NCBI RefSeq assembly: GCF_032444005.1 | Contig: NC_091290.1 | Location: 21,204,001-21,268,000 of the forward strand | Length of the DNA stretch: 64,000 bases | Direction: 5' to 3' | Origin: Ranitomeya imitator | Lineage: Eukaryota | Part shown: positions 23,985-34,900 of the stretch, in pieces | Position numbering within the stretch: position 1 is the first letter of the stretch | Layout: each line of letters begins with the position of its first letter | Notes under the pieces: model-generated | Databases searched by the model: none | Told to the model about the DNA's origin: nothing | The model's input: the letters and a program-made list of their open reading frames with translations, nothing else | Program-made: the position numbers and the translations under genes

Positions 23985-26882
23985 CTGCGGAGAGGGGACA
24001 CAGCGGTGACTACGCTGCGCCGGACGCTGTACTCAACTGTGGCCCGCGGTCCGGCACATTCTCACTTATCAGGGGGTTTGGGTCCTAAATGACAGTGCTG
24101 ATTGATTTTACATATGTGGGGGGTTAAAAAGGTCTTAAACTTTTATCCGGTGAGCTAGCAAAATAACGTGCACCTTCTAACGCTTTATTTTGTCTCTTTA
24201 ATTGCATGAAGATTTAAGTACAGAAAAAGTAAAACATTATATTTACCGTCATGGGCGAAAGTGTTGGCACCCCTGAAATTGTTCCAAAAAATGAAGTATT
24301 TCCCCCAGAAAATGATTGCGATTACACGTTTATTTCCTTTGTGTGTATTGGAACACAAAAAAAACAGAGACAAAAAGAAAATTGGACATAAATTCACACA
24401 AAACCCCAAAAATGGGCAGGACAAAATTGTTGACATCCACTTATTTGGATGAAATATTTGGACACTGACAAGTTTTGGTATTTTAGCCGTTTACCAAAAC
24501 ATATTCACAATCCAGTTATCCAATCAATTTGGGCTTAAAGTGCCGACTCTCAGCTTTAATTTGAGGACATTCACATCCTAATTGAAGCAAAGGTTTAAGA
24601 GTTACATCTCTAATATGTCGCTGCCTCTTTTTCAAGGGACCAAAAGTAATTTGACAAATATCTCAAAAGCTCTTTGATGGGCTTTTCCCTCGTTATTCCA
24701 TCATTAATTAAGCAGAGAAAAGGTCTGGAGCTGATTCCAAGTGTGGCGTTTGAATTTGGAAGCTGTTGCTGTGAACCCACAATATGCGGCCATAGGAGCT
24801 CTCAATGGAGGATAAACAGTCCATCATTATAGACCGATGAAAAGAAGAAATCCATCAGAGAGATAGCAGAAATGTTAGGAGTGTCCAGTTACTTTTGAGC
24901 CCCTGAATGAGGAGGCTTTGTAGGAAAGTGGTTGCAATTCCAAAGACTTTAATTAAACCTGAAAGTGTCCATTTCAATTGCATCTCAGTTGTTTAATTTT
25001 AAATCCAAAATACTGACCTGCGGAGCTGAAATCATGAAGTTCGGCCACTGTCTAAATATTTCTGGACCTAACTGTATTTATACACAGGTGACCCCGGCAC
25101 ACAGCAGCCCTGAGGACCGGACACACAGCAGCCCTGAAGACGCGACTTGCAGGCCATTGTACTCACCTGCTTCCATTCCTCCAGATACGGGAGGTAGATC
25201 TTGCCGTTAGCGTCTACATGTCTTCCGGTTTTTATGGTCATCGTACTGGTGGGTTTCACAAAGCAGATTGGGGGCTTGTGGGGGTAGGTGTCCAGCAGCC
25301 AGAGACATATGGGGATATTGTATGTGTTACCTAAAGCAAATTAAAATAGATGAGCGAGAACGTCTGATACTTATCAATTACAGGCACAGCTGCCATCACA
25401 ACCATCTCTACAGCCTGTGGTTCTCCAGCTACTACAACTCCCAGCATGCCCCGTCAGTCACAAACTGAGACTTGGAAAGTTGGGATGTAAATCATGGCCA
25501 ATACCGTAAAATCGTGGACAATTTCTCCTTAGATTCCCCCTGATGTAATCGTAAATGCACAAATGATCCCTCGCTCCTCCGCAGATCTGGTTAGGATGGA
25601 GCTTCCCAGATCTCCGCTTACCTTTATAGGGCACAGGAATGGTGCCCGAGAGGCTGAGGAGCTGTCTGGTGGAGCCATCGCTGAAAACTAGAGGTGGGAA
25701 TGCGAAAAGAAGTCTAAAAACACAAAAATCCTGACGGAGAAGATCGACAAATATCTATTTAATGATTGAATAGACTGATATCAATGATTTCTCTAAAGAT
25801 AGATCTTCAATATTAGATTTCGGGAGGAGACACCCGGACCCCCCCTATGATCAGCGGCGGCTCCGAATCTGCAGGCTGTAGTGTCCGCTGCCGGGTCCCG
25901 CGCCTTGTACAGCTGCTCCCCCACACATTCTCCTATCCAACGCCCCAAAAACACTCACCGTAACGGGCAGGTAATGGCTTGAGGTCTCTGTAGAGCTCAA
26001 TCACACCCATGATCTCCTCCAATGATGAATCTCTGTATTTGTACTAAAACGAAGCAGGAAAAAAAAAAAAACATTACATGACCATTGCCACAGCCTTAAT
26101 GAAATTCACCCTCAGCCTTTGATACATCCCTTTAAATAGAATCTGTCAGCAGGTTTCTGCTTTGTAATCTGAGGGCAGCAAAATATCGGGGCTGAAACAC
26201 GGATTTCAGCAATATGTTACTTATTAGGTTGTGTGCCGTTTCAATACAATAAGTGTTTTATCAGCAAGAGATCATCACTGCCGGTGACACACGAGCACTG
26301 CCCGCGGCCGGTGACACACGAGCACTGCCCGCGGACGGCGACACACGAGCACTGCCCGCGGACGGCGACACACGAGCACTGCCCGCGGCCGGCGACACAC
26401 GAGCACTGCCCGCGGCCTTAAAACAATATTTTGCGTTTTTAATTATAGCTAAGTAAAGCTTATTAATTTGTTATCAATCGTCAATAATAGTTTTTTTTTC
26501 TGATACAGAGAGCGGCCAATGCCACAAGATAAAAATCCTGGCTGCCTGCAGTCGCCACCAGGGGGAGCTGCTGAATACAATTTATACATTGGGAACAGAA
26601 TGAAGTGCGCTCCCCCTGGTGGCGGCTGCAGGTAACTATATAGCACTTAGTGGCGCTTCCCAGGAATACACGATACTTCTCGTTACACCGCACTCCCATA
26701 TTATCCCACTGCTCCGCCCACAACCAAACCTCCCCACCTCACACACACCGCAGCCAGCTATGGACGCCGACAAGCCGACGATGGCGTCCGCTCCTCGGTA
26801 CCTGGCGGCCGCTCCTCGGTACCTGGCGGCCGCTCCTCACCTTGCTCAGCATTTTCCTCAGCTCCTCCTCAGTCACCGCCAT
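23861..26882 (-). CDS. TSG101-like partial tandem duplicate (UEV-domain gene), exons 1-5; C-terminus uncertain
   Basis: complement(join(26841-26882,25959-26043,25622-25687,25167-25330,23861-23984)). Exon sizes 42/85/66/164/124 and phases match TSG101; all GT-AG; no stop or frameshift; 119/145 aa identical over the UEV domain; flanking introns still align with TSG101 introns. Confidence 0.88.
24246..25074 (+). mobile_element. Composite Tc1/mariner remnants
   Basis: 5' end matches the 28210 element. An internally deleted second element follows, with a transposase N-terminal fragment ([13 protein letters not shown]) and a TIR ending ...GGACCTAACTG|TA. Confidence 0.65.
25167..25330 (-). CDS. TSG101-like duplicate exon 4
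   Basis: [55 protein letters not shown]; 157/164 nt identical to TSG101 exon 4. Confidence 0.9.
25622..25687 (-). CDS. TSG101-like duplicate exon 3
   Basis: [22 protein letters not shown]; ctctag / G|GTAAGC. Confidence 0.88.
25959..26043 (-). CDS. TSG101-like duplicate exon 2
   Basis: [28 protein letters not shown]; ttttag / G|GTGAGT. Confidence 0.88.
26281..26415. repeat. 27-bp tandem repeat, 5 copies (CCGGTGACACACGAGCACTGCCCGCGG)
   Basis: Read directly. Confidence 0.92.
26841..26882 (-). CDS. TSG101-like duplicate exon 1
   Basis: [14 protein letters not shown]; ACCATGG context, AAG|GTGAGG donor. Confidence 0.88.
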
Positions 26883-26929
26883 GGTAAATGGAAAGTCCCG
26901 TCAGAATGAGCAAACAGAAAACACAGCAG

Positions 26930-27030
26930 TCACAACTTCCGCTAGACGGCTACGTCACTTCCGTGTATACGACCAGTCGTTCCTATGGTTACCGCGGTCT
27001 ACGCTGCAACCGCCATTTTGGATAAGGGCA
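26930..27030 (-). promoter_or_regulatory. Duplicated TSG101-type promoter
   Basis: TACGTCACTTCC (26951-26962), GTTCCTATGGTTAC (26979-26992), CCGCCATTTT (27010-27019), in the same order and near-identical spacing as at 18325-18393. Confidence 0.65.
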
Positions 27031-28209
27031 GGTCTCTCTCACTCAAACATTTTCTATTGAGATTTTTTCTGAGGGGCTTCCTAAAAATAATACATAACCA
27101 GCAAACTCGATCCAGGATTTGTCGCTGTAATTTTTCAGTCGCTTGGGGTTTTTTTTTTTCCAGGATTTGTCGCTGTATTTATCATACAGTCCTGGTGTAC
27201 ATTTTTTCATGTGTTTTTATTAAATTTTTGGGAGGAGGCAAAGAGCAGTTCTGCCAATTTTTTTTTTATTTGGCTGTGTTCAACAAACAGGTTAAATGTT
27301 TTTTTTTTTGTTTTACACTGGGTCCTTCCAGATATATTTATACTAATTATGTGGGTTTATTTTTTTTTTTAATTACATAGTAAAGGAGGAAAATTGGATT
27401 TTTTTTTTCAGTATATATTTGATATTAGACCCAGACTCTGGGTGCCATGGCAACGCATCGGCGACCACCGCGGTCACGTCATGTGGCGATAAGCCCACCT
27501 TCATCCGTGTAACCCCCAAGATGCTGCAGTCGCTGTTGACCGCGGCATCTAAAGTCTTAAGCGGAGGGGACCTTCAGCGCTATTCACCTTTACACCCACG
27601 GATGGCGGCCTGGATGACAATCCATGGCGATCATGCACCATCAACAGGATAGGCTATATATGTAGGATTGCTGGGGGGTTAGACAGCAAAGATCCCCTCA
27701 AAACCTGACAACGGGGGTCCCAAAGTACTGATGTATGTGAACGTTCAGTGCTCCGTGGACCTGGCAGAGAGCTGTACTGGCAGTCCCATAGAAGTGAATG
27801 GAGTGCGGCCTGAGCGCACACACTACGCCTCCATTCTCTCAGCTCATTTGGAGAACCCCAGTTCTCTTTTTTTTTTGGGGGGGGGGGGGGGGGACCAGCA
27901 TTCTGAACCCCTGGAATCAGTTCTCCCCTAGTTTGTGGCTTAAGCCATTGTCAAGAATGTCTAAAAATTCCTAATATTTCATCCGTCTGATGCAAAAATT
28001 GCTTTTGGTCATTGGCTGAAGATCATTGCGTAATTGATGGATTTTATGGGTTTTATCCGTCAGCTTACGTCCCATTGGGATCTCTCCGCTGTGGATCTCC
28101 GGGTAATCTTGCATCGCAAACGTCAAGATTCGTGGAGATCCACAAAAATAAAATGGCAGGCTGCAACTTTTTTTTGTGAAATCTCATTATCAACATTGCT
28201 GTTGTCATA

Positions 28210-28685
28210 CAGTCATGGACGAAAGTGTTGGCACCTTTAATATTGTTCCAAAAAATGAAGTACGGTATTTCTCCCAGAAAATCATTGCAGTTACACGTTT
28301 TGGTATAGGCACACAGGTTTATTTCTTTTGTGTGTATTGATTTGAAAACACACACACACACACACACACGACATAATTTCCCACAAAACCCCAAAAATGG
28401 ACCTGACAAAATTGTGGGTAAACAACTTTGTTTCAAGCATGTGATGCTCGTTCAAACTCCCCTGTGGCAAGTAACAGGTGTGGGAAATCTGAAAATCACT
28501 CCTGAAGCCAGATAAAAAAGGGAGAAGTTAACTAAATCGTTGCATTGAGAATAGAAAGAGGAGAAGAGGACTTGAAAACCAAAATTGTTAAAAAATATCA
28601 ACAATCTCAAGTCCATCTCCAGAGATCTTGATGCTCCTTTGTCCACGGTGCGCTACATAATCAAGAAGTTTACAACCCATGATGC
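28210..28685 (+). mobile_element. 5' fragment of a Tc1-like transposon
   Basis: TA|CAGTCATGGACGAAAGTGTTGGCACC terminus; degraded transposase N-terminus (EDLKTKIVKKYQQ...SISRDLDAPLSTVRYIIKKF). Confidence 0.7.
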
Positions 28686-29029
28686 TGTATCCTTCAGGCT
28701 GATACAACCTGATATTATTGGTGTTAAATCCTGTTTACACGGGCAGAAGAGATGAGAATAAATCATGTCCACATAAAAAAATCCAAATCAGCGGATGAAT
28801 GAGAAAAGCGACAATTATGGGCACGTTCACACGCGCTGACGATTGGGAACGCATCTTCCCATTCCTTATCCCCGATTATTGTTGCGTGTAATAGGGCTTT
28901 ATACTCAAACCACGATACACCAGAGTCCAACGTTTACCACATAGAGGTTCAAAGTTGTGGTGTAAGTGTTACGTGTATCCACAGGCCAGATGACTGTGCT
29001 TTTGGCCAGTATCTGTTATGGCTTGACGC

Positions 29030-29852
29030 TGATCTCTCCTTCAAACCACATATCCAAGCCCTTTCCACTTCCTGCCGCTTTCAACTCAAAAATATTTCAC
29101 GAATCCGTTCATTCCTCAACCATGAATCTGCAAAAATCGTAGTCCATGCCCTCATCATCTCTCGCCTTGACTACTGCAACCTCCTGCTCTGTGGCCTCCC
29201 CTCGAACACTCTTGCACCCCTCCAATCTATTCTAAACTCTGCTGCCCGACTAATCCACCTGTCCCCCCGCTATTCCTTGGCCTCTCCCCTCTGTCAATCC
29301 CTTCACTGGCTCCCCATTGCCCAGAGACTCCAGTACAAAACCCTAACCATGACGTACAAAGCCATCCACAACCTGTCTCCTCCATACATCTGTGACCTCG
29401 TCTCCCGGTACTTACCTGCACGCAACCTCCGATCCTCACAAGATCTCCTTCTCTACTCCCCTCTTATCTCCTCTTCCCACAATCGGATACAAGATTTCTC
29501 TCGTGCATCCCCTACTCTGGAACCCTCTACCACAACACATCAGACTCTCGCCTACCATCGAAACCTTCAAAAAGAACCTGAAGACCCACCTCTTCCGACA
29601 AGCCTACAACCTGCAGTAACCACCGATCGACCAAACCGCTGCATGATCAGCTCTACCCTCGCCTACTGTATCCTCACCCATCCCTTGTAGATTGTGAGCC
29701 CTCGCGGGCAGGGTCCTCTCTCCTCCTGTACCAGTTATGACTTGTATTGTTTAAGATTATTGTACTTGTTTTTATTATGTATACCCCTCCTCACATGTAA
29801 AGCGCCATGGAATAAATGGCGCTATAACAATAAATAATAATAATAATAATAA
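29030..29852 (+). mobile_element. 5'-truncated L2-clade LINE (3' end)
   Basis: RT C-terminal peptide (SCRFQLKNISRIR...HALIISRLDYCNLLLCGLP), 3' UTR and (AAT)n tail. Confidence 0.85.
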
Positions 29853-29943
29853 TATGGCTATAGGACAGTACACCTACTGGAATAGTTCCCATTTGCTGCC
29901 AGCAAGCACATAACACATGAACAATCCCTTGTAGGATTGTTAC

Positions 29944-30349
29944 TAGTGATGAGTGAGCGTGCTGGGATAAGGTGTTATCTGAGCATGCTCAGTGTCTTCG
30001 GCATGCTCGACAAATATGTTCGAATCCCCACAGCTGCATGTCTTCATGACTGTTCGACAGCCGCAACACAAGCAGAAATTACCCGTATGATAGATACAGG
30101 GCTATGGAGTCGGTAAGCCAAAACCTCCGACTCCTCAATTGCCATGACACCAACTCCACCAAAATGGGCTCCGACACGGAAACCGACTCCACAGCCCTGG
30201 TGAGACAATCCCTGTACGTGTTGCGGCTGTCGAACCACCACGAGCCATGCAGCCGCGGGGACGGAAGACACATTTTGAGCATGCTGAATACACTCGGTTA
30301 GCACAAGAGCATGCTCAGATAACACCTTAACCCAGCTCGTTCCTCACTA
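29944..30349. mobile_element. MITE with TAGTGATGAG... terminal inverted repeats (hAT-like ends)
   Basis: Termini are reverse complements over ~45 bp. Confidence 0.75.
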
Positions 30350-30909
30350 GTAGCCACTCATTTACGCCAGTGTACAACAGACCAGAGAGGATAGATGAAC
30401 GATTACATACAACACAACCTGTACAGCTAGAAAAGTTACTTTATTCTTTTTTCCCAAATGATTCCATTCACTGAATGAAGTAATTTCCCACCTTGTACAT
30501 GATTAACCGCTTATAGGTCCATAGATATAAAAAATGTAGGGAATCAGCGCTCTCAGTATACAAAATAAGAAAAGGTAAAAATGCGAATAAGCGTTAACGC
30601 AACTGCAGAAACGCATCGTGTGTTTATACATATATTCTAGAACATTAAGACAGGACTATATTAGTGGTTCCCATCTGCAGCCCTGCGACAAAGACAGATC
30701 AATTCATCTAAAGTTCAATTTCAGTATAAATATTTCAGGACGTCTTCTTGTGGCCAAAGAAATGATAATTGAGCAAACACCAACCTCATCAGGCTAATTT
30801 ATGCGAGAGCGCAACTAATGTAATTAAACCGAGTCAACTAATGGAAAACAAACTCCTGAATGAATTAAAGTCTAATCTCCTAAATGTACACGGTCTGAAA
30901 GTTAAACAA

Positions 30910-31365
30910 TAGTGATGAGCGAGCGTGCTGGAAGAAGGTATTATCTGAGCATGCTTAGGTCCTAGGCATGCTCAAAATCGTATGTTCAAGTCCCCGCAGC
31001 TGCAAGTCTCACAGCTGGTCTACAGCCACAACACATGCAAGGATTGCCTAACAAAGAGGGAATCCCTGCATGTGTTGCAGCTGTCGAACAGCTGCGGGGA
31101 CTCCAACATATTTTTCAAGCACGCAAAAGAGTCTATTAGCACACGAGCATGCTCAGATAACACCTTCTCAGAGCATGCTCAGATAACACCTTCTCAGCGC
31201 ATGCTCAGATAACACCTTCTCAGAGCATGCTCAGGTAACACCTTCTCAGCGCATGCTCAGATAACACCTTCTCAGAGCATGCTAACACCTTCTCAGAGCA
31301 TGCTAAGATAACACCTCAGAGCATGCTCAGATAACACCTTCTCACAGCATGCTCGCTCATCACTA
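30910..31365. mobile_element. Second full copy of the same MITE, with its subterminal motif amplified in tandem
   Basis: TAGTGATGAGCGAGC ... GCTCGCTCATCACTA TIRs; GAGCATGCTCAGATAACACCTTCTCA repeated ~8 times at 31146-31350. Confidence 0.8.
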
Positions 31366-31370
31366 TTAGC

Positions 31371-31376
31371 TTTATT
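31371..31376 (-). terminator. Probable UEVLD polyadenylation signal (AATAAA)
   Basis: First canonical AATAAA seen on the minus strand downstream of the stop codon (~390 nt). Confidence 0.5.
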
Positions 31377-31765
31377 AAATCTTCTGCACTGAATTAGACA
31401 CACAGGGATGTAGTGAGCAGGAGCCTGACCAAGGTGATGCAGAAGTCGTCATCCACCTCCAGCCTCATTGTTCATATAAAAGCAACAGTATTGAGGAAAG
31501 AAACAAATGCGGAATATAAATGGCTTGATGCACAAGGCACTGGTCACACACAGCAGCAGCCACCTTTCTGGGGGCCCATCAGAAGGTGCCCACCCAATGC
31601 GATGGCTTCCGGCGACTCAGTGCGGTCATGGTTGCTGATGGGGTGCGCCAAACTGGAAATGTGAAATCTAGATGAACCCCGCCGTCCCTTGTTCTCAGGT
31701 CATTTCAGAAAGCGGCTCTGCACTGCAGAGATTACAGGGGCTCGGAGCCCGGCTCCCGCTGCAGA

Positions 31766-31933
31766 TCACAGGTTCAGCTGCCGCTGCAGGTTGTGGATCG
31801 AGGCGGCACTTCTGTGGAGAGTGTCGAATACATGATCTTCATGCTGTAAGATTTGGGGGCTCCCGAGTACCCCGCTGTCTCCCAGCACACAGGGCACGCT
31901 CAGAAACACATCGTTCTGAATATTGAAGAATCC
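31766..31933 (-). CDS. UEVLD: UEVLD exon 12
   Basis: [22 protein letters not shown]...[14 protein letters not shown]. Confidence 0.94.
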   Translation of the reverse strand, partial: GFFNIQNDVFLSVPCVLGDSGVLGSPQILQHEDHVFDTLHRSAASIHNLQRQLNL

Positions 31934-34900
31934 CTGAGGACAGAACACAAAATACAGTCCGATGTCATTATTCTGCCTATAGCATTAGTGGGTGTTATAA
32001 TAAAGTCTGGAACTTTCCGATCCGATTTGTGGTTCCATTTCTCGGCCATTTCTCCGCTTGCTGTCAGTGAATGGGGATTCTTGTATACGTCCAGAAACAT
32101 GTCTGGATCGCACAACGCCAGGAAAAGCTGCGATGTGTGAACAAAGCGCAAGCATCAGATTTCGCTCTCAGAATGAACCTTGCAGCCATGTGAATTCCCA
32201 TTCATTGACAGCACAGGGGAAAGATGGGGAATATTGAAGAAAACGACTGAATAATGGCCGACTAGTTTTCATCCTTTGTTATCCAGTATGTTTGAGCTAC
32301 AAACAGACAATGTTTCTTAAAAACTAGAAATCTGATCGGAAATATCAGATTTATTCCCTGCCGATTTATGACATTTTCAGATGGAATAAAGACTATTTAG
32401 AGTTCCTTTAAGTTCTGCGCTATACGTTTTTCATTATTGCCTTGTTTCCGAAGCGTTCACCTTTCAACAGAAGTTTGTTACCTTAGCCAGTGAAGAAACC
32501 GAGTGAACCTTCCTCTTATTTTGCACAATGGTGTCTACGAGGTCAGCTACGGACAGGCCGATAGACCACGACCTCTGACCTTTATCTATAATGATCTCCA
32601 TGGCCCTGTAACAGTTAATAAAGAATCAATACAAACAAAAAACTACAAATAACTCAACATTACATAACTGTAATAAGATCTCACTCGTTACCTGTTTGTC
32701 AGCTGTTCTTGGAAGAGCTTGGGATATATCTTTCCAGGTTTGTGATTATTTTCTGAAGCAGGATCACTCCAGGCCGCCACTAAAATAAATTCATAACGTT
32801 CAATATTTGTGCCCATTTTTTTTCTCATGTGGTTTATTTGCCGGCAAATGTTGCAGGACAGTTGGGAAAAAAAGAAAAAAGAAAAAAAAAATCACGTGTA
32901 ACTGACCGTTTAGAATGTAGTCAGAACCCCCCATTCTACAATGGTTTGATCCACTGATATAGTTCAATAAGGGAAATGGCCTGTGCTATATGGAACAGAC
33001 CACTGCACAAAGATAATGGGGAATCTGACTACACTAAAAACTGTTTGGGAAGTCAGATATAGGGGTTTTCTCTGATGGAAGTATATAATACAGTTTATTA
33101 CACAAGCTGCTAATATACAATGTGGCTATTAAATTTAGGAGTTCCATGATTATTCATTCCTTTTCACCTTTATTTGCTCCTTGCTCCCCAATGACCCAAC
33201 CTGTCTGTGACTCCTCTGAAGAACTGGTTAATGTCTTAACGACATCCTGAAACCTTGCAGAGTCCAAGTTACATCCGATTCCAATGACTTGACTGGAGGG
33301 AAGGCCACTTAGTTTCCAGGCCACATAGGTCATTATTTCCACTGCAAACCAAGAAGAAATGTTGCCAATATATTATGTATAGGTGATGGTGAATTATACA
33401 GAATGTTAAAAGGAATCATACTAATGTACCACCTGAAAGATGTTACACCAAGAAACCGTCAAACCTCATTACACCCCCCCACACACACACACAAAATAAA
33501 AAAAAAAAAATCTAAATTAAAAATATACACTGCTCAAAAAAAATAAAGGGAACACAAACAACACAATGTAACTCCAAGTCAATCACACTTCTGTGAAATC
33601 AAACTGTCCAGTTATGAAGCAATACCAATTGTGAATCAATTTCTCCTGCTGCAAATAGAACAGACAGGTTAAAATGATAGGCAATTAGAAAGACACCCCC
33701 TAGAAAGGAGTGGTTCTGCAGGGGGTGACCACAGACCATTTTTCTGTTCTCATACTTTTTGGTTGTTGTTTTGGTCACTTTTGCATTTGTCATTGTTCTC
33801 ATCCCTGGTGGTAAAGTACAGTAGCATGAGGCAGTGTCTACAACCCACAGAATTTGCTAAGGTAGTGCAGCTCATCCAGGATGGCACATCAATGCGAACT
33901 GTGGCAAGAAGAGTAGCTGCGTCAGCACAGTGTCCAGAGCATGGAGCAGATACCAGGAGACAGGTCTGTACACTAGGATGGGGCCATATGAGGGCAACAA
34001 CCCAGAAGCAGGACCGCTACCTCCTCCTTTGTGGAAGGAGGAACAGGAGGAGCAGTGCCAGAGCCCTGCAAAATGACCTTCAGCAGGTCACTACCATCCT
34101 TGTGTCTGCTTAAAATGTCAGAAACAGACTCCATGAGGGTGGTATGAGGGCCTGGCGTCCACAAGTGGGTGTTGTGCTTGCAGCCCAAAACCGTGCAGGG
34201 AGATTGGCTTTTGCCAGAGAACACCAAGATTGCCAGATTCAACATTGGCGCACAGTTCACAGGTGACAGATGTGACAGAGTCTGGAGACACTGTGGAAAA
34301 CGTTCTGCTGCCTGCAACATCCACCAGCATGACCGGTTTACCAGTGGGTCAGTAATGGTGTGGGGAGGCTTTTTTTTTTTTTTTTTGGAAGACCGTACAA
34401 CCCTCTATGTGTTAGCCAAAGGTAGCCCGACTGCCATTAGGTACTGGGATGAGACCCTCAGACCCATTATGAGACCATATGTAGGTGCTGTGGGCCCTGG
34501 TTTCTAGACCTCATGTGGCTGGAGTGTGTCAGGCATTGATGGACTGGCCCGCCCGTTCCCCAGATCTGAATCCAATCGAGCACATCTGGGACATCATGTC
34601 TCGTTCCATCCATGTGCCAAGTACCTTCTTTTTACTGTGAATTTTCCTATAGCAATATTGCATTTCCAAATTTCCACATGTACATAATATAGGAGTTAAG
34701 CAATGTTCTATGGCAATAATGCAGTTCCAATTTTTCTAGTTTTACCATTTTAAACAACCCAGAGTTCAGCTTTATATTTTCTTAGAATTGTTATATTAGC
34801 TGACACCTATTCACACTAGTTGGGATGTGCTGGTCAGTTTTTTTCTGTTTGTTCCATCCACCAATGCCACATTGCACCACAGACTGTCCAGGAGTTGATT

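Noticed and set aside
23861-26882. Duplicate as a haplotype or assembly artefact
   Set aside because: About 18% amino-acid divergence, different intron lengths and private TE insertions are far beyond allelic difference; long-read confirmation is still advisable
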